Notes: generated by a model from the sequence alone, not told the origin. 64,000 bases of DNA from an uncultured Methanosarcinaceae archaeon (GCA_963721455.1 CAVRJG010000039.1:64001-128000), one strand, 5' to 3'; positions 1-10,149 are shown, numbered from the stretch's first letter. Made by a program: numbers and translations.

Positions 1-120
1 ATTATAAAGAGCTTCTGCGAGCAGTTCGGGTATGACCCTGCAGAATTTCTGGACACTAAATACACGAGGATTGGACCTGCAAGCAGCCGGCCTTTCGCAA
101 GCAAGTACGTCTGGGAGTGA
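1..120 (+). CDS. 3' end of a probable glutamate synthase domain-3 (GltB C-terminal type) protein, partial at window edge
   Basis: Frame 1 is open from base 1: IIKSFCEQFGYDPAEFLDTKYTRIGPASSRPFASKYVWE*, ending TGA at 118-120, 6 bp before the FrhB-like gene. The tail and context recall the archaeal split glutamate synthase operon. Confidence 0.5.
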   Translation: MIKSFCEQFGYDPAEFLDTKYTRIGPASSRPFASKYVWE

Positions 121-126
121 TCAGAC

Positions 127-1161
127 ATGGCAGAACAGAAACCAATAAGTAAGAATTACCTTGACCTCAAATCAAAAGTCTGGGACGAAGGCCTTTGCTC
201 AGGCTGCGGGGCCTGCATTGCAGTCTGCCCTGCTGATGCCCTGTACTTTGAAACGGGCGGCGATTCCACATACCCGAAGAGCAATAGCTACTGTAAAGAC
301 GCTGTTGACGGCGTTCCCTGCGGAGCCTGTTACGAGGTTTGCCCGAGACTCGACGAACAGCCCTCAAGCCTGCTCGGAGATTACCTGGAAATCACTGCCG
401 GAAAAGCCGAGTTTGATATCCCGAGAAAACAGAGTGGAGGAGCAGTCACGGCAATTCTTGCAAATGCTCTGGATACCGGCCTTGTGGATGCTGTTGTTAC
501 GGTTACGGAAGATCCCTGGACCCTCAAGCCGCACTCCATGGTAATAACCAGAAGTGAGGCCCTTGTCGCCCATGCCGGAAGCCGTTACAACTGGTGGGTC
601 CCTCTTGTATCTTCCCTCAAGGAAGCGGTTGTAAACAAGAAGTACAGGAACATTGCAGTTGTCGGAGTCCCCTGTGTAGTCCAGGCAGTCCGCAAGATGC
701 TTGAGACCGACCACCAGCTTGTCCGCCCGTACAAAAACGCAATCCGCTTCGTCTTCGGGCTCTTCTGTACCGAAAGCTTCGACTACGAGAAACTTATCGC
801 AGGCAAACTGAAAAGCGAGTACGCACTTGAACCAATGAAAGTTTGCCGCATTGATGTTAAGGGTAAACTCGAAATCACCCTCAATGATGGGGTTCAGTAC
901 GTAATTCCCCTTGCCGAACTCGAAGACACCGTCCGCCCAGGCTGCGGCGTCTGCACTGACTTTACCGCCCTGAAGGCTGACATCTCAGCCGGCTCTGTCG
1001 GAAGCCCGGATGGCTACACCACTCTTGTCGTCCGTACTCTAGTAGGACAGCACCTCCTTGACAGTGCAGTTGCTAACAAGAAATTGAGCGTTGGCGGGGA
1101 AGTCAACCTTGGGATCATCGAAAAGCTTGCAAAGAAAAAGCTTGCAAGAAAACCAGAATAA
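127..1161 (+). CDS. Coenzyme F420 hydrogenase/dehydrogenase beta-subunit (FrhB/FdhB) family protein with N-terminal ferredoxin domain
   Basis: CSGCGACIAVCP and CGACYEVCP 4Fe-4S motifs; QSGGAVT, VGVPC, GLFCTESF, and C-x2-C-TDF..ADISAGSVGSPDGYT FrhB motifs. Confidence 0.9.
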   Translation: MAEQKPISKNYLDLKSKVWDEGLCSGCGACIAVCPADALYFETGGDSTYPKSNSYCKDAVDGVPCGACYEVCPRLDEQPSSLLGDYLEITAGKAEFDIPRKQSGGAVTAILANALDTGLVDAVVTVTEDPWTLKPHSMVITRSEALVAHAGSRYNWWVPLVSSLKEAVVNKKYRNIAVVGVPCVVQAVRKMLETDHQLVRPYKNAIRFVFGLFCTESFDYEKLIAGKLKSEYALEPMKVCRIDVKGKLEITLNDGVQYVIPLAELEDTVRPGCGVCTDFTALKADISAGSVGSPDGYTTLVVRTLVGQHLLDSAVANKKLSVGGEVNLGIIEKLAKKKLARKPE

Positions 1162-1241
1162 ACGTAAATTTAAAGGAGTTTTAGATGGAGCCGCAGACTC
1201 CATCTTTTTTACTTTCTTATTTTATAGTTTTGATTTCCAAA

Positions 1242-2435
1242 TCAAAATACAGGAATCAAGCCCGGATTATCCCCCGTAATACACTCTCCGCCGTCAGCAG
1301 TTACTATGAAGGTATTTTCGATTCCCACCATTCCGATGTTTTCAATTCCCTTTTTGGGTTCAAGGGCAAATACCATTCCTTCCTGTAGGGGTTCATCAAA
1401 TCCTTCTGCAATTACAGGCAGTTCATCGATTAACAAGCCAACCCCATGACCGAGGAATTTCACTTTACGGTTACCGAAACCCATGAAGTTTTGCAGGAAT
1501 TCCGAATCAAGCTTACTCATTATGATGTTATAGATTTCTGAGGGAATGGCGCCGGGTTTTAACATTGATGCAGTTTCATTCTGGATATCTACGCATTTAT
1601 TATGGATATCTATGGCAAACTTGGGAAGGGAAGAACCAAACATATATGTTGTTGTTTTATCCGTATTGTAACCTTCAACTCCGCACCCGACGTCGACGAA
1701 TACCAGATCGCCTTTCCTCAGTTTCCTGTCACGGCTTCCAATCAGGGGAACTGCAGGGCTCATCCCATAATTTCCGCCAGGCCCGTTGAAGTAAGATGGA
1801 TAAATGGAGCTCTCACCAAAACAGACATTTCCCAGGAACATCTCCGTATCAAACATGCCAAAACGACATAATCCGTCGTGCCCTTCCTTGACCATAACTG
1901 AAAATAACTCGGTTGCCAGGTCTGTTTCACTCATCCCTTCCCGCAGCATATCCGGAACAAGGTCTTCCAGCACATGCTGATGAATCCTGCCAGCTTCTCT
2001 TGTCAGTGACAGCTCATATTCGCTTTTTACGGCTCTAACTGCAGAAATTTGAGTATCAACAGATTTAACGTTCTTAAAAGGGAAGTATTTTTGAAACCTC
2101 TGATATAAAGCCAGTGGGACAACTTCAGTTTCCAGATATACCGTATCCGGAAGCCCGCTTATACCTCTTGCAGCATCACGGAAACTGTTCATAGGTTCTA
2201 TATTGGAAAATAAGGATTCGTCCAGAGCCCTTTCATAGCTGCGGCGTACCCGGAATATTGCGTCTCCGTGCTTAGGGATAATTAACATTCCATCCTGCAT
2301 AGTGCCAGTAAAATAATAAAGGTTTATTTTGCTGAAGATGACCGCTATCTCCCATTCGGGACTTGAGCTATCCATCCGTTTTCTAAAACATCCCATGCGG
2401 TTTTTCAGTTCAGTTAAAGGTACTTTCTTAGTCAT
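1242..2435 (-). CDS. Xaa-Pro peptidase family (M24) protein
   Basis: Creatinase-like N-domain, [34 protein letters not shown] metal-binding motifs. Start taken at ATG 2435 (MTKKV). Confidence 0.88.
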   Translation of the reverse strand: MTKKVPLTELKNRMGCFRKRMDSSSPEWEIAVIFSKINLYYFTGTMQDGMLIIPKHGDAIFRVRRSYERALDESLFSNIEPMNSFRDAARGISGLPDTVYLETEVVPLALYQRFQKYFPFKNVKSVDTQISAVRAVKSEYELSLTREAGRIHQHVLEDLVPDMLREGMSETDLATELFSVMVKEGHDGLCRFGMFDTEMFLGNVCFGESSIYPSYFNGPGGNYGMSPAVPLIGSRDRKLRKGDLVFVDVGCGVEGYNTDKTTTYMFGSSLPKFAIDIHNKCVDIQNETASMLKPGAIPSEIYNIIMSKLDSEFLQNFMGFGNRKVKFLGHGVGLLIDELPVIAEGFDEPLQEGMVFALEPKKGIENIGMVGIENTFIVTADGGECITGDNPGLIPVF

Positions 2436-2530
2436 GACGGATCCCTTTACTAATTTATCTGCTATCAATTATAGAAGTGTAACTCACAGTAGTGAATATA
2501 GTAAGAACTTATTAGTAAGAACTTATGAGC

Positions 2531-2570
2531 AGATGTACATAATAGATGTACATAATAGATGTACATAATA
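2531..2570. repeat. 13-bp tandem repeat AGATGTACATAAT x3 (preceded by TAGTAAGAACTTAT x2 at about 2499-2526)
   Basis: Read directly in the divergent intergenic region. Confidence 0.85.
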
Positions 2571-2730
2571 ACTGTTATTTTTCACAACGATCTCGTAAAA
2601 AGATAAAAAATAACTGTCGGCGTAGTGTACACCTCAGTTCTTTTTCCAAAACGGAAAGAATAATTAGAAAGGAGACAAATTAAAGGAAAACAAAAAGTAA
2701 AACAAGAAGGGCTTTTTGAAAGGGGTTATC

Positions 2731-3270
2731 ATGCTTGGGAAATTCGAGGATCTTGTTGAAAAGGCTTCAGAGATGGGGCTTAAGACTTATTTTATGAGCG
2801 CAGAAGACATTCCGGTTGAAAACCGGATTGCTCTGAAATGCGCTTACGGCTGCAGGAGCTACGGAAAAAGGTTGAGCTGTCCGCCTCATATCATGTCAGT
2901 TGAGGAGTTTAGAAAAGTTATAGGGGAATACAGCAGTGCGCTTCTCCTTGTAGATGAACGCGATACTTCAAGAGTACCGGATGTCCTTGAAGCCTGGGCA
3001 GAAATCAGGAAGGACTCTTTCCATAAAATGTACGAGCTTGAGCAGGAAGCTTTCAGGGAAGGCTTTACTTTTGCACATCTCCTGAGGCCCGGTTCCTGCA
3101 ACGAATGCGAGATATGTAACCTTGAAAAGTGCGTAAAGCCGGAAATGAGGCGTTTTGCACCTGAAGCTGTGGGAATAAACCTCGAAAAGGCAATGGAAGA
3201 TGCAGGGCTTGTGCTTGAATTCTGCAAGCCGGAGAAAACCGTATGTGTCGGCATTTTGTTGCTGGAGTGA
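2731..3270 (+). CDS. DUF2284-type Cys-rich predicted metal-binding protein
   Basis: KCAYGCRSYGKRLSCPPH, GSCNECEIC, and APEAVGIN motifs. ATG 2731 follows AGGGG. Confidence 0.8.
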   Translation: MLGKFEDLVEKASEMGLKTYFMSAEDIPVENRIALKCAYGCRSYGKRLSCPPHIMSVEEFRKVIGEYSSALLLVDERDTSRVPDVLEAWAEIRKDSFHKMYELEQEAFREGFTFAHLLRPGSCNECEICNLEKCVKPEMRRFAPEAVGINLEKAMEDAGLVLEFCKPEKTVCVGILLLE

Positions 3271-3504
3271 AGGTTTGGGTAAAAACTTTATAAGCGATTA
3301 TTTAACGTATTCCAGAGAGTTGAGAGAAAATAAGGAAGAAGAACGGGATTAATTAAAAAGTTTGGCTTTCTGATTCAGGAGATCTGTAAAAAGTAATTAT
3401 AAAAATATTAGTTACTATACGCAATATTATAATTTAATTCGTGAAGACAGAAGTTATATTAACTCCCCGATATATGTTATGGAAGACATAGCAAACTGGA
3501 GGTT

Positions 3505-4221
3505 TTGTTCAAATTGAATTCTGAAAAGTTAAAAATAGCTGTCCTGGGAGGAACCGGCAATATAGGGAAGGGCATGGTGCTCAGGCTAGCCCTTCAAAAT
3601 CTTATGACTGAAGGGGTAAAAAATGAGATAATTATAGGTTCCAGGTCCAGGGAAACTGCAGATGAAGCCGCAAAACAAGCCTTATCAGAGCTTGAGAATT
3701 GCGGGTTCGATACTTCCGAAATAACCATTACAGGAAGCACTAACCTTGAAGCTGCACAGGCAGCCGAAATGATAATCCTTACAATTCGCTTTGACTATGT
3801 TTTGCCTCTGCTGGATGAAATCCATGAAGCTCTTGAAAACAAGATTCTTATCACCCCTGTGGTTCCTATGGTAAAGGAAGGGAACCTCTTTATATACAAA
3901 CCTCCGGAAGAAGGCTCAGCCGCACTTGCAATTCAGAAAAGAGTTCCAGTTTCTACAAAAGTTGTTGCAGCCTTCCACAATATCCCGGCAGGGAAATTGA
4001 AGGATGTTGTCGAGTGCAAGGCTGTACACCATGCACTGGTATGCAGCGATGATGCGGAAGCAAAGAAAATGGTCATGGAACTTACACAACATATGGGATG
4101 CCTGAAACCTCTGGATGGAGGCCCTCTTAATCAGGCAGGCACTATAGAGTCTCTTACACCACTGCTGGTCACTCTGGCAAAACTAAACGGACTTAAAGAT
4201 CTCGGAATGAACTTTTCCTGA
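3505..4221 (+). CDS. npdG: NADPH-dependent F420 reductase (F420H2:NADP+ oxidoreductase)
   Basis: LGGTGNIG Rossmann motif, IIGSRS, VVAAFHNIPA, DGGPL, IESLTPLL. Confidence 0.9.
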   Translation: MFKLNSEKLKIAVLGGTGNIGKGMVLRLALQNLMTEGVKNEIIIGSRSRETADEAAKQALSELENCGFDTSEITITGSTNLEAAQAAEMIILTIRFDYVLPLLDEIHEALENKILITPVVPMVKEGNLFIYKPPEEGSAALAIQKRVPVSTKVVAAFHNIPAGKLKDVVECKAVHHALVCSDDAEAKKMVMELTQHMGCLKPLDGGPLNQAGTIESLTPLLVTLAKLNGLKDLGMNFS

Positions 4222-4464
4222 AAAAACTGGTTAAGAAAATAATTGAAAAGCATACGGGAAAAAGATCGACCAGGAAAAGGATCTGATCTGAATCTGGGAA
4301 AATTGATGTCTTTTTGGAAAACTTATTTTTATATAATAGTAGGTATAATATATCTAAAGGCACAGATCTTATAAGATGTCAGAAGCAAGAGCCCCCGCCT
4401 GAGTGTATAAAACAAATCCGATAAAAGTAAATCAGTAATAACAAATCCGTAATAATCCATAACA

Positions 4465-4550
4465 ATACTCTTAACAATCATACTCTTAACAATCATACTC
4501 TTAATAATCATACTCTTAATAATCATACTCTTAATAATCATACTCTTAAT
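4465..4550. repeat. 15-bp tandem repeat ATACTCTTAA(C/T)AATC, about 5.7 copies
   Basis: Two C-type units, then three T-type units and a partial unit, ending about 65 bp upstream of hdrC. Confidence 0.95.
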
Positions 4551-4616
4551 TATTTCAGCTGACCTTTGCTTTTCTAAAACGGAAGAATAGATATTAAAAT
4601 CCGACAGTGAACCTGT

Positions 4617-5102
4617 ATGAGTGAAGAACTGCTAAAAGTGTTAAAGGCTGCAGGGCTTGATGTACTTTCCTGCATGCAATGTGGGACATGCACAGGAAGC
4701 TGTCCTTCGGGACGGCATACCGCGCTTAATACCCGAAGAATTTTGCGGGATGCACGCAAGAATAGGGCAACAGTCCTCTCAGATAAAGCCCTCTGGCTCT
4801 GCACTACCTGCTATACCTGCCAGGAGCGCTGCCCACGCGGGATACCAATTACGGATGCTCTCCTTGAGCTCAGGAGACTTGCGGTTAAAGAAGGTTTCAT
4901 GCTTCCTGAACACAGGCTGATATCGGAAATGGTGCTGGAGTGCGGACACGCCGTCCCTCTGGATGAAGAAACGAAGAGAAAGAGGGAAGAACTCGGACTT
5001 GACCCCATACCTGAGACTGTACAGAAGTATCCTGAAGCCCTTCAAGAACTGAAGAATCTTCTTAAAGCATGCAAATTTGACGAACTGGTGGCTGAAAGAT
5101 AA
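4617..5102 (+). CDS. hdrC: CoB-CoM heterodisulfide reductase subunit C
   Basis: CMQCGTCTGSCP and LWLCTTCYTCQERCPRG 2x[4Fe-4S] motifs; adjacent to hdrB. Confidence 0.95.
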   Translation: MSEELLKVLKAAGLDVLSCMQCGTCTGSCPSGRHTALNTRRILRDARKNRATVLSDKALWLCTTCYTCQERCPRGIPITDALLELRRLAVKEGFMLPEHRLISEMVLECGHAVPLDEETKRKREELGLDPIPETVQKYPEALQELKNLLKACKFDELVAER

Positions 5103-5114
5103 GGAGGCAGAGAT

Positions 5115-6017
5115 ATGACAAAACTATCATTATTTCTTGGCTGTATCGTACCCAACCGCTACCCGGGAATTGAGAAAGCAACCAAACTCTGCCTGCAGAA
5201 GCTTGAGATAGATGCATCCGACCTGCCAGGAGCTTCCTGCTGCCCTGCTCCCGGTGTGTTCAAGTCCTTTGATAAAGCAACCTGGCTTGCCCTTGCCAGC
5301 CGGAATATAGTTCTTTCGGAAAGGATGGAAAGGGATATCCTGACAGTCTGTAACGGCTGTTACGGCTCGCTGGCAGATGCTAATTTAGAGCTGAAAAAAG
5401 ACTCTGAGATGAGGGCGTGCACAAACAGCTGCCTTAAAGAAATCGGCATGGAATTTAAAGGAACTGCAGAAGTAAGGCACATAATCGAATTTCTCCATAA
5501 GGAGTTTGGGCCTGAAAAACTTAAGAATTATGTCACAACTCCCCTTGACCTCAAAGTGGCGCTGCACTATGGATGCCACCTTATCAAGCCTTCAAAAGAC
5601 CGGAAACTTGGAGAAACGGAAGCTCCGACCTTTTTTGACGAACTTGTTGAAGCCACAGGCGCAAAAAGTGTGGATTATACAGACAAAATGATGTGCTGCG
5701 GAGCAGGGGGTGGGGTCCGTTCAGGGCACGTTGCCGAATCTCTGGAAATGCTTGAACACAAACTCGCCTGCATTCGGCGAGCAGGAGTAGACTGTATTGT
5801 CAATGCATGTCCTTTCTGCCACCTTCAGTTTGACAGAGGACAGCTTGCAGTCAATGAGAAATTCGGAACGGATTATTCGATCCCTGTCCTTCATTATTCC
5901 CAGCTCCTTGGCCTTGCTCTTGGCTTTTCCCCGTACGAACTGGGAATAGAACAGAATGCAGTCCAGAACATTGAATTTCTTGCAAAAATCTATGAAATCA
6001 GTGCAGGTTTAAGGTAA
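5115..6017 (+). CDS. hdrB: CoB-CoM heterodisulfide reductase subunit B
   Basis: FLGC..RYPGIE, CCPAPG, CNGCY, HYGCH, CCGAGGG, CPFCHLQFD (two CCG domains); GGAGG RBS. Confidence 0.95.
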   Translation: MTKLSLFLGCIVPNRYPGIEKATKLCLQKLEIDASDLPGASCCPAPGVFKSFDKATWLALASRNIVLSERMERDILTVCNGCYGSLADANLELKKDSEMRACTNSCLKEIGMEFKGTAEVRHIIEFLHKEFGPEKLKNYVTTPLDLKVALHYGCHLIKPSKDRKLGETEAPTFFDELVEATGAKSVDYTDKMMCCGAGGGVRSGHVAESLEMLEHKLACIRRAGVDCIVNACPFCHLQFDRGQLAVNEKFGTDYSIPVLHYSQLLGLALGFSPYELGIEQNAVQNIEFLAKIYEISAGLR

Positions 6018-6102
6018 AAAGTCAAAGAGTAAAAGGCTGAAGAGCAAAAAATAGGTAATAAAGATACTTTTCATTTTTTCCTTAAACCCGAAATTACAGA
6101 TT

Positions 6103-6552
6103 TTATCTTTCAGTTTGCATGTACCAGAGACACTTCTGTCTCCACTTGCATGTTCCACAGATATCTTCGATATCGGATGCAGTATTCAGTTTTGAATTTA
6201 TTAACCTGAAAGCTTTGTCTGCCTCTATTAAAGTCCCTTCTTCTATCTTTAATTTCTCCATGACAACAAGATCCATATTCCTGATCCTGCGAGAGAGGAC
6301 AGATTTCTGAATAGTGCATTCCCTTTTGCTGGGGCAGGAAATACAGATCACATCACATTCCGATACAAGTTCCAGAGGCCTTGAAGGAAAAGCCTTAATA
6401 TCCGAAATTACGGCCCGCATATTGGCTACAAAACCCAGGCTGTATCCATAGCCCTGAAAACCCTGGATACAACAAAGATGATGAGCTCTGATCTTCAGGC
6501 ATTCAGATCCGGTTTTAGAATCAGATCCAGATGTGTTAGATTTTTCGAGCAT
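6103..6552 (-). CDS. DUF1284-type Fe-S/metal-binding protein
   Basis: RAHHLCCIQGFQGYGYS, DVICISCP, ICGTCKW motifs. Confidence 0.8.
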   Translation of the reverse strand: MLEKSNTSGSDSKTGSECLKIRAHHLCCIQGFQGYGYSLGFVANMRAVISDIKAFPSRPLELVSECDVICISCPSKRECTIQKSVLSRRIRNMDLVVMEKLKIEEGTLIEADKAFRLINSKLNTASDIEDICGTCKWRQKCLWYMQTER

Positions 6553-6604
6553 GTATTTCTCCGGGACTTGAATTCACAAACTCAAAGGATTAATTCTATA
6601 AAAT

Positions 6605-7138
6605 TCATTCTATAATATCGATTTCAGAATTATCTAGGTGGGGTAATTCCTGAACGGGCAGTGTTATCGAAGGAGCTTCAGAGTATTCTGCAAAGAGAAT
6701 GTCATAGCCTGTTTTAAGTCCCAGCATGATATTCAGACTGGTAAGGTCGTTATTCAAGAGCAGCGCCTGACCTATAGGGTTGCAGGCTGCTTCAAACTCA
6801 AGGGCATCAGATTTTTTGATTCCGAGGCTGGCTTTTTCGAAGCTACAGACCTTACAACAAACAGAAAATACCTCAAAATATCTTGAGAGAATATCATAGA
6901 CCAGCCTGGCTTCTCTTTCATACTCAATACAGAAAGCAATTCCTATTTTCCTGTACCCCAGCCTTTTTGCGTAAATCGTAATTTCTTCTAGTTTTGTCCG
7001 TTTTACATAATCGGATTCAAGCCAGGCGGAAATCTGAACTGATTTCAGATCATTGCCGCTATATTCAAGCCCAGATTTAATAACAGAACAATTTTTGCCT
7101 TTCAGGCATTCTTTATTTCTGCACAACGCACACTGCAC
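6605..7138 (-). CDS. DUF1847-type predicted metal-binding protein
   Basis: CALC..C..G..C, TKLEEI..AKRLGYRKIGIAFC, SVCCKV, CNPIGQA motifs; GTG start. Confidence 0.8.
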   Translation of the reverse strand: MQCALCRNKECLKGKNCSVIKSGLEYSGNDLKSVQISAWLESDYVKRTKLEEITIYAKRLGYRKIGIAFCIEYEREARLVYDILSRYFEVFSVCCKVCSFEKASLGIKKSDALEFEAACNPIGQALLLNNDLTSLNIMLGLKTGYDILFAEYSEAPSITLPVQELPHLDNSEIDIIE

Positions 7139-7355
7139 ATTTTTTCTCCCGGGTTTTTAACAAGAATCGGTGAGTATAATCATAAAGAAGCTGTGAAGGT
7201 ATAAATATTTCTATAGGACCCATAGGAGATTCCGGGCCAGCAAGTAAAAGAAAAATTTAAAAGAATTCAGTGAAAAAGAGAAAAAAGCCAGCAAAACTGA
7301 ATAAAAGCATAAATCAAAAAGATTATTTCGGTCTTTCTTTCGGCAACTGGCCGTC

Positions 7356-7800
7356 TTAGAATTTTTCAAGGATATTGACAGTTTCTTCGAGTTTGTTGAA
7401 AGGAATTCCGATGAGCATTTCGTCATTCTCAATATCAGTAGCTCCCCTGCACCCAAAGCAGCCTAAAGAAACGTTTATTTCTCCGGTAAGAACCGACAGA
7501 ATTGCAGTGTAGGCACACGTTGCCCGAAAAGCTGCACTGTTAAAGTGTACCCTTCCGCTTTTTACATTAAGTGATTACCGGAATGATCCAGTAAACGGTT
7601 TCAGGCCTGCCCACAAGAATTTCCACGTCAGGGTCAACCTTTGCGTCCTTTAAAGGCCCTCCAATTGTTGTAATGCGGTTTTCAGGCTCAAAAGCAGGGC
7701 GTTTTGAAAACCATTTCTGCTGCAGCTCCCGCATTGTCAAAAATTCAGAGGTTTTAATGGAATTCTCCTGAAGCCACCTTTCCAGGAGTGGAAATATCTA
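7356..7800 (-). pseudogene. DUF169-family pseudogene (not in ORF track)
   Basis: Manual minus-strand translation gives TPGKVASGEFH*NL*IFDNAGAAAEM / GPLKDAKVDPDVEILVGRPETVYWI / GRVHFNSAAFRATC..INVSLGCFGCRGATDIENDEMLIGIP. It is broken by in-frame stops and at least two frameshifts, and the 5' part is missing. Confidence 0.75.
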
Positions 7801-8081
7801 GAATCTAACTTCCGAAACTATTTAATCCAAACAGAAGAACTCGCTGGTAGATGGAAAAAACAGATTCTAGTAACTGTCGCCGTAGTAAATTCCTTATAGG
7901 AAATTTGTCTTTCATAAAAAGCGGTAGATTACTTTACTAGAAGACGCTGGCAGGAATTTACGGAGCCGCAAGAACTTTACTAAAATAGACCAATTCACTC
8001 GCCTGTACATAAATGTGTATAGCTTTCGATTTAAAAATAGAAATTGTTATATATATATCATACACTGTGAATAAGAAACCT

Positions 8082-8427
8082 ATGAAAAAATGTAGAGGAA
8101 GACCAAAACGTCCGAGACGTGTTGAACAAATGCCTGATACCATGTACTTCAAGCCCGGAGGTTTCACGCTATCGGACCTGAAGTGTATCCCTTGCAGTAG
8201 AAGAGCTTGAAGCCCTGAAGCTTGTAGACGTTGAAGGTTTGAGACAGGAAGACGCAGCCCCAGAGCAGGGATATCAAGAAGGGTTTTCGGGGAAGATCTT
8301 AAGCTGCCAGGATGAAAGTATCTCTTGCCCTTACACAGGAAAAAAGATAGAGATAAAGGGCGGTAACTATATCAGGGCTGAGGGCTCTGACATTATTGAA
8401 GATACGGCACGTAAAAGAGAGATCTGA
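8082..8427 (+). pseudogene. DUF134 (predicted DNA-binding) pseudogene
   Basis: [18 protein letters not shown], then in another frame [21 protein letters not shown], and later GKKIEIKGGNY. Multiple frameshifts. Typical neighbour of Mrp/NBP35. Confidence 0.8.
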
Positions 8428-8475
8428 AGACCGGAAAAAATTGAAGAATTCGGAAATTTACACAGGCGATAAAAA

Positions 8476-9318
8476 ATGACAGATAAGGTTCAACCACTGG
8501 AAAGCTTGTCAAAAAAGCCAGAGGAGCCAAAAATAGTAGTTAACCTCAGGCGCATCAAACGCAAGATAATGATAATGAGTGGGAAAGGCGGAGTAGGAAA
8601 AAGCACAGTTGCCGCAAACCTCGCTGCCGGGCTGGCCCTGCGCGGATATAGGGTGGGGCTTCTTGACTGCGATATCCACGGCCCGACTATTCCTACAATC
8701 TTTGGGCTGGAATCTGCAAAACTTGAAGTCAATGAAGAAGGAATTCTCCCTATTCAGGTACTTTCCAACCTTTCGGTGATGTCTATCGGTTTTCTCCTCG
8801 AGAATAAAGATTCCCCTATAATCTGGAGAGGGCCTGCCAAAATGGGAGCAATCAAGCAGTTCCTGGAAGAAGTTAGCTGGGGGGAACTCGATTTCCTTAT
8901 TATAGACCTGCCCCCGGGAACAGGAGACGAACCCCTGAGCGTGGCCCAGCTGATCCCCAATTGTGACGGCTCAGTGCTTGTTACGACCCCCCAGGACGTA
9001 GCCCTCATTAGCGTCCGAAAATCAATCAGATTTTCTGAAAAACTCAATGTGCCCATTATAGGGCTTGTTGACAATATGCATGAGCTTATCTGCCCCCACT
9101 GCGGCAAGCCAATAGAAGTATTCGGAACTGGAGGCGTGGAAAAAGCCTCAAAAGACTTCAATATCCCCATTCTTGCCAGGCTTCCGATTGAGCCCAAAGT
9201 CGCAGAAATGGAAGATAAGGGAACTGTCGTTCAGGGACTTCTTGAACAAAGTACTGAATGGCAAAAAAACTTTGAGGATGTTATAAGCGCTGTAGAAAAA
9301 ACCCTGAAGGAGAAGTAA
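8476..9318 (+). CDS. Mrp/NBP35 (ApbC) family ATP-binding Fe-S carrier protein
   Basis: SGKGGVGKS, DCDIHGP, WRGP, DLPPGTGDE, CPHC. Confidence 0.93.
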   Translation: MTDKVQPLESLSKKPEEPKIVVNLRRIKRKIMIMSGKGGVGKSTVAANLAAGLALRGYRVGLLDCDIHGPTIPTIFGLESAKLEVNEEGILPIQVLSNLSVMSIGFLLENKDSPIIWRGPAKMGAIKQFLEEVSWGELDFLIIDLPPGTGDEPLSVAQLIPNCDGSVLVTTPQDVALISVRKSIRFSEKLNVPIIGLVDNMHELICPHCGKPIEVFGTGGVEKASKDFNIPILARLPIEPKVAEMEDKGTVVQGLLEQSTEWQKNFEDVISAVEKTLKEK

Positions 9319-9531
9319 GGCAGGATAAAAAGAGGGAAAGATTTACATATTTCCCTAATTACCTAATTTTTTCTCAATCAGCTAGCATTTCCTTAATAAA
9401 TTAGATTTTTCTCAATATCTCTCCTGCAGTTGAGACGCATATGAAAACTCATGAGTTGAACTGGGATGAGCTTATAGATTTCACTCTATATCTGATGCCG
9501 CAGTCCATTGAAAATAAAGTAAGGTGATAAT

Positions 9532-10149
9532 GTGGTAGCAGAAGATATTTGGTCACACTTCGGAATGTGGTGGGCAGTTGCTCTGTGGATAATCATCTAC
9601 GGAGTGTTCCTCCTATTTGTGCCGTTCTATAAAAAAAGTCAGATGAAACCTTCTGGAGTTTACGTGGCATTTATTGTCGCATTTGCACTTGAAATGTTCG
9701 GTATACCGTTTAGCATGTTCGCTATTGGATGGCTCTTTGGCTTTACTCTGCCCGAAGGTATATTGTGGGGCCATACACTCGTGCAATATATCGGCTTCTG
9801 GGGAATGTATGTCGGAATTCTCATATCGCTGACTGGAGTTGCACTGGTTATATCAGGCTGGAACCGTATCCATAAGGATTACTGGAGTAAGGATGAAGGT
9901 CAGGGGAAACTCGTTACAAGCGGTATTTACAAATATATTCGCCATCCGCAGTACACAGGCTTTTTCATGATAACCCTGGGAATGATGTTAGAGTGGGCTA
10001 CGCTGCCTCTTATAATATTGTACTCTTTGCTTCTTGTCCTGTATTACAGGCTGGCAAAAAAAGAGGAAAAAGACATAGAACAGGAGTTTGGCAACGAATA
10101 TATTGAATATAAACAGAAAACAAAGATGTTCATCCCATACATTATCTAA
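9532..10149 (+). CDS. Isoprenylcysteine carboxyl methyltransferase/PEMT family membrane protein
   Basis: Several TM helices; LVTSGIYKYIRHPQYTG and EE..FG..Y..Y motifs; GTG start after AGGTGA. Confidence 0.85.
   Translation: MVAEDIWSHFGMWWAVALWIIIYGVFLLFVPFYKKSQMKPSGVYVAFIVAFALEMFGIPFSMFAIGWLFGFTLPEGILWGHTLVQYIGFWGMYVGILISLTGVALVISGWNRIHKDYWSKDEGQGKLVTSGIYKYIRHPQYTGFFMITLGMMLEWATLPLIILYSLLLVLYYRLAKKEEKDIEQEFGNEYIEYKQKTKMFIPYII

Noticed and set aside
4329-4541. 70-aa ORF MIIKSMIIKS...
   Set aside because: Artefact of the 15-bp tandem repeat; no RBS or coding signal
4465-4550. Tandem repeats here (and at 53908 and 19237) as possible CRISPR arrays
   Set aside because: Units are contiguous with no unique spacers; no cas genes in the window
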